38,586 nucleotides of DNA from Candidatus Zixiibacteriota bacterium (GTDB lineage: Bacteria > Zixibacteria > MSB-5A5 > WJJR01 > JAJRUJ01). The first letter of the stretch is position 1, and the number at the start of each line of letters is the position of its first letter. Shown piece by piece: positions 8,149-18,461 of the stretch. The notes under the pieces were generated by a model, which saw only the letters and a program-made list of their open reading frames with translations, was not told the origin of the DNA and did not search any database. The stretch is taken from contig JAJRUJ010000021.1 in assembly GCA_024277855.1 (NCBI GenBank), positions 1 to 38,586 on the forward strand, written 5' to 3'. A program made the position numbers and the translations under genes.

Positions 8149-8222
8149 TGGCTGGGGGACAGGGATTCGAACCCCGATACTACGGTCCAGAGCCGCATGT
8201 CCTGCCATTGGACGATCCCCCA
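8149..8222 (-). tRNA. tRNA-Gln (anticodon CTG), CCA encoded
   Basis: Manual cloverleaf: acceptor UGGGGGA/UCCCCCA (U1-A72 as in bacterial tRNA-Gln), U8, D stem GUCC/GGAC, anticodon stem UGCGG/CCGUA with loop CUCUGGA, T arm CGGGG-UUCGAAU-CCCUG, discriminator G73, CCA. Confidence 0.85.
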
Positions 8223-8336
8223 GCAAGTCCGATTTTATCGACGGGAAAAGATACGCATTGTCCCGCCAAAATCAAGACCCTGTCGGCTTGGATTGTCAAA
8301 GTCCGTTTGGAAAAGACATTGGGAGCCGGCCAGAAG

Positions 8337-8534
8337 CTATTTTGCCTTTTTCTTGCCGGCGGGCTGGACCTGCTCCTTTTCGAGGACGGCCAGTTCTTTG
8401 CGTTTTTTCTTGAGTTTTTTGTGAAGTTTTTCCATTCGGGCCTTGTCGAACAGACCGCCGAACGGATTGGCCGCCAATTGCTTCTCGATATCTTCAATCT
8501 CTTTTTTCAGTTTGTCAATGGCCGAGGCTGTCAT
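8337..8534 (-). CDS. Hypothetical small basic coiled-coil protein (65 aa)
   Basis: ORF with SD GGGAG 7 nt upstream of ATG 8534. Lys/Glu-rich heptad-like sequence. No confident family assignment. Confidence 0.45.
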   Translation of the reverse strand: MTASAIDKLKKEIEDIEKQLAANPFGGLFDKARMEKLHKKLKKKRKELAVLEKEQVQPAGKKKAK

Positions 8535-8690
8535 CAGATTACTCCCTTTGGCTCTGCTGTCCACCGCGCCTGCCTAAAGGGCGGCAACCATTGTAGTGTG
8601 TCGGTGCGTTCCGGCCCGGGCTTGAACCTTACGCCAGCCGATTGTTGATGGTTTTCCACCGGCAAGAGCGACAAAATTATGCCGGGCCGG

Positions 8691-10133
8691 TTAATACCGT
8701 TCCAGTCGGGCTGCCTTGATTTTTGCGGCCCACTCCGGGTCGTGCCGCTCACCACGTGCGGTAGAATGGACAAGTTTCAGATTGCCGAAGCCGTCCTCGT
8801 CTACCAGTATAAAATAGACCTCTCCCTGGTCCTTGAACTGGTAATAATACCACTTTTCGTATGGTTTTTCTTCCATGGTGGACGGGACAATTTCGGTCTC
8901 ATCCGGCGGGCCATACTTGATATAGATCCGCCCGCGGTCGGTGGACCAGCCATCCACCCGTTTACCAATACTCGTGGAAAACTGTTCATTGGCATAATTG
9001 ATTCGCCGGTAATGTTCATCGCGGAATTCATTGACAGCGGTGCCGGGTGTCGGGTCAAATCGTTTCCAGAATTTGATCAGGAAATTTTTCTTACCCGTCA
9101 AACTGAGACCGTCATACGTTTCCAACTCGTCTTTGCGTGCGAGAAAGAGAATAACATTGCGCATCCTTTCGGCCTGTTCCGGCGTCAGCGAGTCAACCCC
9201 GGCGCTTTCCAGCACGATAGTAAACGGCTTGATCGCCGTGGCCGGACGATTGGACGCCGGATCGGTCACGGTGACCTCCAGAAGAAAATTCCCTTCCGGC
9301 ATATCGCCGATCGGCAGACCGGTGGCCAATACCGACGAGGTTCCCGGTTTTTTATACGCCCGGGTACCAAAATCGCGGATCGTCGTGCTGTCTTCGGTCA
9401 AAAAGCGAAACCCGAGTTCGTAGACATTGTCGCCGCCGGGTTCATAAGCCAGATTGTAAATTTCGCCATAAAAATACAGCCGCGGTCGGTTGCGCGAAAG
9501 TATCCCTCGCGGGTCGGGAAAGACTTTCCGCTGGTTGCGCACCAGCACGTCCAGGGGCGCATTCGGATCGGTTTCCTCCAGAACATCAATATCGTAAGCC
9601 AGCTTGATATCGGAAATGGCCAAATCGGCGGCAGAAAAATCGCGGACAACCAGCGGCATGACCAATTCGCCGTACTGGCGGTTGTTTTCGTCGGAATACG
9701 AGTCGAGCGCAATTATCCGCGCGCGGTACAAACCGGGCGGGATTTGCAGCGGCAAAGCATAGAAAACTTTATAGTCCGGCCGTTGGGCCTCCGCCGCACC
9801 GCCTACCTCCGCGCCGAAATATGCGCTGATCGTATCGGTGACCGGCTGACCCTGCATGTTCATCAACTGCACCCAGAGACCGATCTGAGCCATCTGCGAC
9901 CCGTCCGGTTCACCGACAAAAGTAAACTCATGACGCTTAAAGGCAAAAACGAACTCCACCTCGGTTACCGACGGATCATCCGCGACCCGATAGCAGGCAT
10001 AGTCCGCCCACACCGTCAAATTCCCGGTGTCCGTTTTGGCCGCGAGACTCCCCGTCGCCATCCCTCCCCAGAAGGCCACTGCGGCAATCAACGCCCCGAG
10101 CACAGTAAAGCCCACGTAATCTCTCTTAATCAT
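8691..10133 (-). CDS. GWxTD domain-containing secreted protein (paralog 2)
   Basis: C-terminal region GWSTDRGRIYIKYGPPDE...YEKWYY matches the GWxTD domain signature. N-terminal signal peptide. SD GAGGGAG. Paralogous to the upstream gene. Confidence 0.8.
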   Translation of the reverse strand: MIKRDYVGFTVLGALIAAVAFWGGMATGSLAAKTDTGNLTVWADYACYRVADDPSVTEVEFVFAFKRHEFTFVGEPDGSQMAQIGLWVQLMNMQGQPVTDTISAYFGAEVGGAAEAQRPDYKVFYALPLQIPPGLYRARIIALDSYSDENNRQYGELVMPLVVRDFSAADLAISDIKLAYDIDVLEETDPNAPLDVLVRNQRKVFPDPRGILSRNRPRLYFYGEIYNLAYEPGGDNVYELGFRFLTEDSTTIRDFGTRAYKKPGTSSVLATGLPIGDMPEGNFLLEVTVTDPASNRPATAIKPFTIVLESAGVDSLTPEQAERMRNVILFLARKDELETYDGLSLTGKKNFLIKFWKRFDPTPGTAVNEFRDEHYRRINYANEQFSTSIGKRVDGWSTDRGRIYIKYGPPDETEIVPSTMEEKPYEKWYYYQFKDQGEVYFILVDEDGFGNLKLVHSTARGERHDPEWAAKIKAARLERY

Positions 10134-10171
10134 CGATCCATCTCCCTCATCCTTGTTCTCATCGGCCCGGA

Positions 10172-11497
10172 TTAGTACAGGCCGTCAAACGGGTACTGCA
10201 ATTGATAATCGTCATTCCCCCGCGAGTCCACAAAGATAAACTTGCGCCCCTGCGCATAATAGTACCAGATTTCGTAGGGCTTTTGCGCCAATTCGAAGGG
10301 ATAGCGTTCTACCTGGTCCGGCTCGCCATACTTAATGTAGACCATGCCGAAATCAGTTTGCCAGCCCCGCCGGTAGGGATTGGTGAAATGTCGATCGGTA
10401 AATTGTATTCGCCAATAATAGCGGATCCGCGCCTCGTTCTCCGGAGTATCCGGCGTGGGGTCTTTCGACGCCCAGAAAGCATCAAATGCCTGCATCCGCC
10501 GTTCAGGGGGCACCTTGCGCAACTGCTTTTCTTCCGAGGGTTGGGCGATATAGACCAGTTGATCGACCACAGTCTCCCAATCGTTCTTGATCTGATAGGC
10601 CAACGACCAGACAACCTCATAGGAAGTCTGCAATCCTTTGGCGAGCACATTCTGACCATCCGAAAGAGTCAGGGTGAATTCGCACTGCCCCTTGTCAAAT
10701 TCAGCGGTGGGAATCGCCAGCAACAGCGGGCTTCGCCCGGTCGCCTCCGGAATAAAGCGCAAAGTATCGATCCTCAACTGACGGTGGCGACGCTGGAACG
10801 ATTTAGCCAATACCATCAACTCGGTGGTGTCACCCGGGGGTGAGTAAACTTCCAGATATACCGGCACCTCTTCCTGATTCCCTCCATAGGCCCGGACAAC
10901 GCTGGGGATCAGGGGACGGCCGTACTTGATAAACTTGTCCGGGACCTGTCCGGCCTGGACGGCGGCGGCGAATAGCGGCGTGGAGAGACTATAGCCATCC
11001 TCGGGAAAGTCAGGAACCACAACCGGGATTTGCTGCGAAAATTTCTTATGTGAGATCCGGTCGGTCAGGGTCAGGTCGAGTTTATATTTACCAGCCGGTG
11101 CCGTCAGGTCTACCCGGTTAACCAGATAACTCTCTTTATCGCGGGTCTGTTTATATGACTCAACGGTGTACGATTCACTGTGCGAAACCGAACTCACCTG
11201 GGGATTATGCTCACCCCGGAGAACGGCGTCGATTTCATAATTGGCAAAATATGACTTTTCCCGCCGGACATAGGTCAAATTCGGATTGAAAATTTTATAA
11301 TAGACTTCAATTCGGGTTTCCGGCCCGTCAACGCCTTTGAAAACCGCCGCATCGGCATAGAAAACCGGTACACCCAACTCCGGCAACCCGGAAAATTCCG
11401 ATTGGGCCAGGCCAATCCGGGCAATCCCGCAAATGCCGGCGGCAAGCAGCAACGGCAAAAGAAGCAACCAGGTTCTGGCCTCCCCCGTTTTCCGCAT
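10172..11497 (-). CDS. GWxTD domain-containing secreted protein (paralog 1)
   Basis: C-terminal GWQTDFGMVYIKYGEPDQ...YEIWYYY GWxTD signature. Table ORF starts at TTG 11599. ATG 11497 has SD AGGAGG at 7 nt and yields a signal peptide MRKTGEARTWLLLLPLLLAAG. Confidence 0.75.
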   Translation of the reverse strand: MRKTGEARTWLLLLPLLLAAGICGIARIGLAQSEFSGLPELGVPVFYADAAVFKGVDGPETRIEVYYKIFNPNLTYVRREKSYFANYEIDAVLRGEHNPQVSSVSHSESYTVESYKQTRDKESYLVNRVDLTAPAGKYKLDLTLTDRISHKKFSQQIPVVVPDFPEDGYSLSTPLFAAAVQAGQVPDKFIKYGRPLIPSVVRAYGGNQEEVPVYLEVYSPPGDTTELMVLAKSFQRRHRQLRIDTLRFIPEATGRSPLLLAIPTAEFDKGQCEFTLTLSDGQNVLAKGLQTSYEVVWSLAYQIKNDWETVVDQLVYIAQPSEEKQLRKVPPERRMQAFDAFWASKDPTPDTPENEARIRYYWRIQFTDRHFTNPYRRGWQTDFGMVYIKYGEPDQVERYPFELAQKPYEIWYYYAQGRKFIFVDSRGNDDYQLQYPFDGLY

Positions 11498-11642
11498 CAC
11501 AAACCTCCTGCGACGTTTCGGCATAATCGCTCGGCCGCGGCTTTCCGGCCAACAGCCCTCCCTTTTAAATGTAAATACGGGCACACATGTCCACCACAAT
11601 ATAATACATTCGGTAGACGATTCTTATTCCGTCTTTTGACGG

Positions 11643-12893
11643 CTATTCATAGCGTAAGGACACAATCGGATCAACGCGGGCGGCCCGGTAGGCGGGGTAA
11701 GAACCGAAGATGAGTCCGACCCCGACGGAGACGGAGAAGCAAATAATTATCCAAAGCAGGGAGATCCCCGCAGTCAGCGGGGTCGTGGCTTTGACCAAAA
11801 AAGCAAGACCGAGGCCGACGAGAATACCGATGACCCCGCCAGAACCGGAAAGCACCATCGCCTCAATTAAAAACTGACCGACAATATCGGCGCGACGGGC
11901 GCCGATGGCCTTACGCACACCGATCTCTCGCGTCCGCTCAGTCACCGAAACCAACATGATATTCATCACACCGACACCACCGACCATCAAGCCGATCGAG
12001 GAAATCACGATCATGGCGATGTAAATCGTGCCGGTGATTTGATTGTAAAGGTCCATCAGCGTTTGCTGCGTGGCAACATGAAAATCATTTTCATCGTTAT
12101 AGGACAATCCGCGCTGGCGGCGCATGACCTCGGTAATCTGCTCAATTGCCACGTCCATCATTTCCGGCGACACGGCAGTGCAAGCCAGCCAGAGTTCCTT
12201 TTCCCAGGGATGGAGTTTGGCAAAAGTGCCATAAGGCAACAGGATATAGTCATCCTGCGATTCACCGAGGAATGCTTCGCGCTTTTCCGGAACGCCAATC
12301 ACGGTAAACCGGTGGTTGTTCACCAGGATTTCTTTGCCGATGGGGTCGAGACTCGGGAAAAGCGCATCGGCAATATCGGCTCCGATCACACAGACCATCC
12401 GCCGGAAATGGTGATCCATCTCGGTAATAAAGCGGCCCTGGTCCATCACCATATTGTTGACTATTTGATAGTCGGGCAACACGCCGACCAGATCGGGGCG
12501 GCGCGCTTCGTTCCCTTTGTATTTGGCGGTATTGCCGCCGCCGGGGCGCCAATAGTGGTTCTCCGGCGAAACGGCCGCGACCGCCGAACAGCGTTCTTTA
12601 ATTGCCATCGCGTCTTCGTAGGTAATCGGCTTGCGATTACGTTCGGCCGCCGAGCGGTGACCGATGACGATTCCCGGTTTGTACTTGGTGACATAAATGG
12701 CGTTCGAACCCAGCGACTTGATCTGTTGCGCCATCGAATTGTTCATACCGGTGATGATCGAGACCATCCCGATTACCGAACTGACCCCGATCATCACGCC
12801 CAGCACGGTGAGGAAAGCGCGCATCTTGTTGGCCCGGATCGATTCGAAAGCCATGACAATTGCTTCCCGAATTTCGAATAGGTTCAAGGCCAT
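11643..12893 (-). CDS. ABC transporter permease, MacB/FtsX type (periplasmic MacB_PCD-like domain + C-terminal FtsX 4-TM domain)
   Basis: N-terminal TM helix, large periplasmic domain, C-terminal FtsX-like TM bundle with conserved TERTREIGVRKAIGA motif. Confidence 0.85.
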   Translation of the reverse strand: MALNLFEIREAIVMAFESIRANKMRAFLTVLGVMIGVSSVIGMVSIITGMNNSMAQQIKSLGSNAIYVTKYKPGIVIGHRSAAERNRKPITYEDAMAIKERCSAVAAVSPENHYWRPGGGNTAKYKGNEARRPDLVGVLPDYQIVNNMVMDQGRFITEMDHHFRRMVCVIGADIADALFPSLDPIGKEILVNNHRFTVIGVPEKREAFLGESQDDYILLPYGTFAKLHPWEKELWLACTAVSPEMMDVAIEQITEVMRRQRGLSYNDENDFHVATQQTLMDLYNQITGTIYIAMIVISSIGLMVGGVGVMNIMLVSVTERTREIGVRKAIGARRADIVGQFLIEAMVLSGSGGVIGILVGLGLAFLVKATTPLTAGISLLWIIICFSVSVGVGLIFGSYPAYRAARVDPIVSLRYE

Positions 12894-12911
12894 GATTAAC
12901 TCGCCAACACT

Positions 12912-14132
12912 CTACTCATAACGCAACGCTTCAATGGGGTCGAGCCGCGCGGCTTTCATCGCCGGGTAGACCCCAAAAAAGACACCGACCACCGACGAAA
13001 CTCCCAAACCAAGAAATACCGACCAGAGCGCCACCCCGGTAGGCAGACCGAACATACTGGTCCCGATGTAGCCCAGGAGGAAGCCGCCGGCAACCCCCAT
13101 TCCGCCACCCAGCAATGACAGGATGACCGCCTCGGCTAAAAACTGGAACATGATATTTTGCCGACGCGCTCCGACTGCTTTGCGAATCCCGACTTCGCGG
13201 GTCCGTTCGGTGACCGAAACAAGCATGATATTCATAATGACAATCCCGCCGACGACCAGGGAAATCGAGGAAATCCCAATCATGACCATCGCCGCCATGC
13301 CGTAAAAGTTTTCCCACATCCGCATAAAATCAGCGGCGGTCATGATGCCGAAGTTGTCGTCATCGTGATATTTCACTCCCCGCCGCGCACGCAGGATCAT
13401 GCGCACTTCGTCTTTGGTCTCTTCCATTTGTTCGAACGAGGGGGCCTTGACGTAAATGCGCAGCGAACGCCGGGTGCCGAATTGCTTTTCAAATGTGGTC
13501 AGCGGGATGTGGATGTAATTATCTTCACTTCGCCCGAACGACGATCCCTGCCGTTCACCAAAACCGATTACCCGATATTTCCGGCCGTCGATTTTGACCT
13601 CTTTGCCGATCGGATCGACGCCGGGGAATAAGTTATCGATGATGTCGTACCCAATAAAACAAACGTTACGCCGATGCCGGTAATCGTCTTCAGTCAGATA
13701 GTGACCGCGTTCGACGTCCAGGTTGATGATGTCCGGATAATTTGCCGTATGACCGCGCACTTCCACGTTGTCGACAAACTGGTTCCCGCGTTTGACGGTA
13801 CGGGTTGTCCGGGCCCGCCCGCCGACCTCTTCGCAGAGTTCACATTGATCGGCAACGGCCTCCATATCTTCGTATCTGAGCGGTTTGCGCTTAAAGACTT
13901 CCCACCACATCTCCTCGGAAGTGACAATGCCGTAGCGATCGACAATAAAAGTCGACGCGCCCATCCCCGAGATTTGGTCGGCAACATAGGCGTTCATCCC
14001 GTTGATCAGCGACACGATGGCGATAATTGTCATCACCCCGATCACCACGCCGACCAACGTCAAAATCGAGCGCATTTTGTTGACCCAGAGCGCCTGGAGC
14101 GCCAGGACAATGCTGTCCCATACGTGTCGCAA
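12912..14132 (-). CDS. ABC transporter permease, MacB/FtsX type (second, paralogous permease)
   Basis: Same architecture and TERTREVGIRKAVGA motif. TTG start at 14132 preceded by SD AGGAGA. Confidence 0.85.
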   Translation of the reverse strand: MRHVWDSIVLALQALWVNKMRSILTLVGVVIGVMTIIAIVSLINGMNAYVADQISGMGASTFIVDRYGIVTSEEMWWEVFKRKPLRYEDMEAVADQCELCEEVGGRARTTRTVKRGNQFVDNVEVRGHTANYPDIINLDVERGHYLTEDDYRHRRNVCFIGYDIIDNLFPGVDPIGKEVKIDGRKYRVIGFGERQGSSFGRSEDNYIHIPLTTFEKQFGTRRSLRIYVKAPSFEQMEETKDEVRMILRARRGVKYHDDDNFGIMTAADFMRMWENFYGMAAMVMIGISSISLVVGGIVIMNIMLVSVTERTREVGIRKAVGARRQNIMFQFLAEAVILSLLGGGMGVAGGFLLGYIGTSMFGLPTGVALWSVFLGLGVSSVVGVFFGVYPAMKAARLDPIEALRYE

Positions 14133-14176
14133 CGAATCTCCTGCGCGGCCTGATGCGGCCGCGAATTAACAACTCA

Positions 14177-14881
14177 TTAGTGCTCGACGAACTCTTCTTT
14201 TTCAATCTGTCCGTCGCGGATATGCAAAATACGGTTGGCGTATAAAGCCACGTCGTGCTCATGAGTTACGGTGATAATCGTGTTGCCGGCCTGGTGGAGC
14301 CGACCGAATAACGCCATGATTTCCTTGCCGGTTTTGGAATCGAGGTTACCGGTCGGCTCATCGGCAAGGATCAACGAGGGGTTGTTGACCAGCGCACGGG
14401 CGATTGCCACACGTTGCCGCTGGCCGCCGGAGAGTTCATTGGGCCGGTGGTTTGTCCGATCGCCGAGGTCGACCATCTCCAGCGCCCGCCGGGCTTTTTC
14501 GGTGCGCATCGACGAGTCGGCGCCATTGTAGATCAACGGCAGTTCGACATTATGCAGGGCGCTGGCGCGCGGGAGAAGGTTGAATGTCTGGAAGACAAAC
14601 CCGATTTCCTTGTTGCGGATCCGGGCCAGTTCGTTGTCGTTCATCTCCGATACCCGGCGGCCGTTGAGTTCATAGATCCCTTTACTCGGGCTGTCCAAAC
14701 AACCGATCAAGTTCATCAGGGTGGACTTGCCCGACCCTGACGGCCCCATGATTGCCAGGTATTCGCCCTTTTCCACCATGACATTCACGCCCTGCAGGGC
14801 ATGCACGGTCTCCGCGCCCATTTCGTATGATTTCCAGAGATTTTCCGTTTTGATTAACACAATCGTCTCTTTCTTCAGCAA
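14177..14881 (-). CDS. ABC transporter ATP-binding protein (MacB/LolD-like ATPase)
   Basis: Walker [13 protein letters not shown] signature [15 protein letters not shown], Walker B LILADEPT. Non-ATG start (TTG 14881 or GTG 14860), so the exact start is uncertain. Confidence 0.85.
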   Translation of the reverse strand: MLKKETIVLIKTENLWKSYEMGAETVHALQGVNVMVEKGEYLAIMGPSGSGKSTLMNLIGCLDSPSKGIYELNGRRVSEMNDNELARIRNKEIGFVFQTFNLLPRASALHNVELPLIYNGADSSMRTEKARRALEMVDLGDRTNHRPNELSGGQRQRVAIARALVNNPSLILADEPTGNLDSKTGKEIMALFGRLHQAGNTIITVTHEHDVALYANRILHIRDGQIEKEEFVEH

Positions 14882-14890
14882 ACCTTGCGC

Positions 14891-16240
14891 TCAGTCGGAT
14901 TTCTCAGACTTGGAGGGTTTCTTTATTTCGACCCGGTCGCCCTCAGCCAGCTTCCGCAATACCTTAAAGCTCCCGGTGACAATTTCGTCACCTTCTTCAA
15001 GCCCGGATTTGACCTGGATATTTTGCTGGTCGGCGATCCCCGTTGTGACTTCGACAAAATGCGCCACGTCATCCTTGATGACAAAGACACCCTGAAGTTC
15101 TTTGGGCTTAACTTTCTTTTTGCTTTTGGGTTTTTCGTCTGCGGCCTTGGCCGCTTCGCCATCGGCGGCATGCGCCCCCCCGTCATCCTCTTTGGCGGCC
15201 GGGCTTTTCTTGTCCCCGCCGACATCCTTGCGTACGTCTTTTTCATCACGCAGGACCACCGCCCCGATCGGGATATTCAACACGTCGACCGCTTCGGCGG
15301 TGGTAATATCACAGGTGGCCGACATCCCCGGCCGGATCTCGGGATCGATCTCCTTCATAAGCACGGTAACCAGAAAATTTGTCACCTGGTCGGAGGAGCC
15401 ATAGCCGGACACCTGCGCGCTGTTTCCGATTTCGATCACTTCGCCTTTGAACGTCGTATCGGGAAGCGCATCGAGTTCGATCTTCACCGGCTGGCCGATC
15501 TCGACCTGCGCGATATCGGTCTCGTCAACTTCAATCTCGACTTCAATTGCCGAAAGATCGGAGACAGTCATGATAACCGTCCCGGGATTGTTCATCGTGC
15601 CGATCATGACTATTTCGCCGATCTCGGCATTTAAGACAGTGATTGTCCCGTCGATCGGAGAGGTGATCGTCGTATAATTGAACTGGTCGCGGGCTTCACG
15701 CAATGAGGCCTTCGCTCGTTCCACACCATGCCAATCGGAGTTGCTGCGAGCTTTACTGATGTCATATTGCGTACGCGCCGCATCATATTCTTCTTTGGAA
15801 ATCAATTTTCCACTAAACAGTTTTTCGGCACGCCGGAAGGCCAGTTCGGCTTCTTCTTCCTGCGCCCGCGAAAGTTCGAGTTGTGCCTGTTGTGAGGACA
15901 GCGAGGCGCGATACTGATCGACTGCCGCCTGATAGCGGTCGGGGTCGAGTTGCACCAGAAGGTCGCCTTTTTTTACTTTCTGGCCTTCTTTGACGGGCAA
16001 ATTGACAATTTTCGCCGATACATTGGCCGATATTTTCACTTCGGTCTGGGCCTGGATCTGGCCGGAGGCGGTGACAATTGAGGTGAGGTCCGCGCGTTCG
16101 ACTTTACCGACCGACACTTTGTAGTCGACACCCTCACTTTGCAGCATATTAGCGGCAAAGATTCCGCCAATGACCACCACCACCGCTGCGCCAATAAGAA
16201 TGACTTTTACCTTGGATTTTTTCTTTGGGCCATTTGCCAT
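14891..16240 (-). CDS. HlyD/MacA-family periplasmic adaptor (membrane fusion) protein
   Basis: N-terminal TM anchor, long coiled-coil, lipoyl/beta-barrel segments typical of RND/ABC adaptor proteins. SD AGAGGTAG. Confidence 0.85.
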   Translation of the reverse strand: MANGPKKKSKVKVILIGAAVVVVIGGIFAANMLQSEGVDYKVSVGKVERADLTSIVTASGQIQAQTEVKISANVSAKIVNLPVKEGQKVKKGDLLVQLDPDRYQAAVDQYRASLSSQQAQLELSRAQEEEAELAFRRAEKLFSGKLISKEEYDAARTQYDISKARSNSDWHGVERAKASLREARDQFNYTTITSPIDGTITVLNAEIGEIVMIGTMNNPGTVIMTVSDLSAIEVEIEVDETDIAQVEIGQPVKIELDALPDTTFKGEVIEIGNSAQVSGYGSSDQVTNFLVTVLMKEIDPEIRPGMSATCDITTAEAVDVLNIPIGAVVLRDEKDVRKDVGGDKKSPAAKEDDGGAHAADGEAAKAADEKPKSKKKVKPKELQGVFVIKDDVAHFVEVTTGIADQQNIQVKSGLEEGDEIVTGSFKVLRKLAEGDRVEIKKPSKSEKSD

Positions 16241-16358
16241 GACTACCTCTGCTTGCGAACAGGTCTATCTATCGGCGACATGTCGCCGCCGCGGTCAAAC
16301 GACCGCTCTCCCGATTATACACGGTAACCGTAAATGTTGGACTACATTTGCACCCGTA

Positions 16359-17675
16359 TCAACGACGAATGCCCATCGCCTTGTCCAGCGCGGAGACCGC
16401 GAGATTAAAATCGAATTTCGCGCTGACGAAATTCTGCCGCGCCTCGCCCAGATTTTTCTCGGCATCGAGCAGGTCAAGGATCGTCGCCGCCCCGAGGTTA
16501 TACCGTTCCTGGGCAATCTGCATGTCTTCCTCGGCCGAGCGCAACGATTCTTCATAGAGGTATAGGTTGGCCCGCGCATTGTTGATATCGAGGATTGCCG
16601 TCTGAACCCCGAGGCCGACGTCGTTAATCGTCGATTCCAAACTCAATTGGGCCAGTTTATAACCGGCAGTAGCCCGGGCGTGGGCGGTCTTCCGCTTAAA
16701 TCCATCAAAAAATGGGATCGGCCACGAAAAACTCATTCCAAAATACCAGTTGGCCTCATCGCCATCAAAACTGCTCCACCGCGAAACGTCGGTAGCCGAC
16801 CACCGGCGCCAGCCGTTGATGTACACCGAGGGGAGATAATCCGCGCGCGCACTCAAACGGTCATATCGCGCTGCCTGCAATTCGGCGGATGCCGCGAGAA
16901 TCTGCGGATGGTGCTGCTCGGCATAGGTCATCGCCGAAGTGAAATCGCGGTTGACCGACAACGTGTCAAACGTGTCATCCAGCGTAATCGGCGAGGTGGC
17001 CGGCCGGTTCATGACATTGTTCAGCTGTGCAACACTGACGGCCTGGTTTTTTTTGGCCTGTTCGAGGGAGGCCTTGTTGGTCAACAGTTGCACCTTTGCC
17101 TTGAGCAGTTCGGACTGGTTGGCCGAACCGAGATCGAACCGTGCCTGTACCAGTTGCAGGTTGTGGGCGGCGGTTTCCACCGACTGCTGGGCAACTTCGA
17201 GCAAGCCGCCGTATTTGAGCGCACTGTAATAGTAGTTGCGAACCAAGTCGATTGTTTCCAGTTCCGACTGGGTCAAATCGTACTTGCTTTTCGCGCGGAG
17301 CAACAATTTGTTTTTTAAATTAAAATAATTTCCACCCCAGCGGAAAAGATTTTGTTCAAACTGTAGTCTCTTGTCATACTGCCGAAAAATACCTCGAACA
17401 ACTGCGACCTGTGAGGCCGAGTTCAGCGCCTGGTCATAATATGAATAACTGGCTCTCGCCGAGAATCGCGGTAACCAACTGCCCCAGGCGGACCAGACAT
17501 CTTGCTTCGCCATATCCAACGAATAGCGTGCCGTCGCCATCGAAACATTGCGCTCCAGAGCGATGTCGATACACTCGTCGAGGGTTAGTTTCTCGGCTTG
17601 CACCCCCCCGCCAAAAGCAACCAGGACCACGATAGCGGAAACCACCCCCCGGCGTAACCAGTGCACTGCACACAT
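16359..17675 (-). CDS. TolC-family outer membrane efflux protein
   Basis: Two-fold repeated OEP structure, signal peptide MCAVHWLRRGVVSAIVVLVAFGGGVQA. ATG 17675 with SD GAGGAG. The table start is a GTG at 17696. Confidence 0.85.
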   Translation of the reverse strand: MCAVHWLRRGVVSAIVVLVAFGGGVQAEKLTLDECIDIALERNVSMATARYSLDMAKQDVWSAWGSWLPRFSARASYSYYDQALNSASQVAVVRGIFRQYDKRLQFEQNLFRWGGNYFNLKNKLLLRAKSKYDLTQSELETIDLVRNYYYSALKYGGLLEVAQQSVETAAHNLQLVQARFDLGSANQSELLKAKVQLLTNKASLEQAKKNQAVSVAQLNNVMNRPATSPITLDDTFDTLSVNRDFTSAMTYAEQHHPQILAASAELQAARYDRLSARADYLPSVYINGWRRWSATDVSRWSSFDGDEANWYFGMSFSWPIPFFDGFKRKTAHARATAGYKLAQLSLESTINDVGLGVQTAILDINNARANLYLYEESLRSAEEDMQIAQERYNLGAATILDLLDAEKNLGEARQNFVSAKFDFNLAVSALDKAMGIRR

Positions 17676-17711
17676 ATTTGCTCCTCTTTTGTTCACCTGG
17701 ATATATCCTGC

Positions 17712-18461
17712 TCACATTCCACCAAAATTGACGCCGAGGGTAGCCAACCCCGCCTGGATTATCACCCACAACAGCCAGACGATCACAACTACCGTGGCCG
17801 ACTTGCCGACCGATGTCTTCGTCAGGACCGACAAACCGATACTGACCAGGGCCACCTGCCAGATCGCAAAAATATCGAATTTATCGAGAATAGTAGACAT
17901 GAACGGCCCGACACTTTCGCTGGAGGCCAGCAGGCCCAGCGATGTCTTGACATCAATTGATTTCTTGGAGAGGATCATCGGTAATTTGATAATCGTCTCC
18001 GGTACTCCAACAAGAAATGTCAGACAATACATGTTAAGCACGGTGAGGAATTTTGCCTGCCCACCGAGGACTATATTCCCCAGGAACAGGAGAATCGCGG
18101 AGGCGATCAAGGCCACGATGACCAAAAATACCGGCCCGAGGAGTAACCAGACAGGGTTGCTGATCTGCTCTTCGTACCCGTCGAGAATCTCTTGTTTTTG
18201 CGCCTCAGGCATGTTGGAATTGGCATCCAAACGTTCCTCAAACGTCGCTAACTGACCTTTGATGATATATGGTCTGGTGAGAGCATACGATCCCATGCCG
18301 AAAATCAGGACAACGAGAATAGCCGCCAACCACTCGTGGTTTCTTTTAATCGACGCGAATGAGCGCCGGGGACTGGTGAAAACGCCGACAAACCGCGCAA
18401 CCATACCCATCTGCGGGGTTTCCTCGGGTACGACTTCGGAGGTCGAAATCGGTTCATTCAT
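17712..18461 (-). CDS. Yip1-domain family membrane protein
   Basis: Short cytoplasmic N-terminus followed by about 5 TM helices, typical of the Yip1 family. ATG 18461 with SD AGGAGAA. Confidence 0.55.
   Translation of the reverse strand: MNEPISTSEVVPEETPQMGMVARFVGVFTSPRRSFASIKRNHEWLAAILVVLIFGMGSYALTRPYIIKGQLATFEERLDANSNMPEAQKQEILDGYEEQISNPVWLLLGPVFLVIVALIASAILLFLGNIVLGGQAKFLTVLNMYCLTFLVGVPETIIKLPMILSKKSIDVKTSLGLLASSESVGPFMSTILDKFDIFAIWQVALVSIGLSVLTKTSVGKSATVVVIVWLLWVIIQAGLATLGVNFGGM

Noticed and set aside
8679-10175. 498-aa plus-strand ORF covering the whole GWxTD-2 gene
   Set aside because: The minus-strand product has a signal peptide, the GWxTD signature and a clear paralog next door. 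The plus-strand product has none of these and is an antisense open frame in GC-rich sequence
12039-12881. Plus-strand ORFs antisense to the permease, ATPase, HlyD, TolC and Yip1 genes (12039..12881, 14885..15634, 16647..17318, 17548..18255, 10202..10843)
   Set aside because: Each overlaps a minus-strand gene with strong family motifs, has no RBS, and encodes low-complexity sequence
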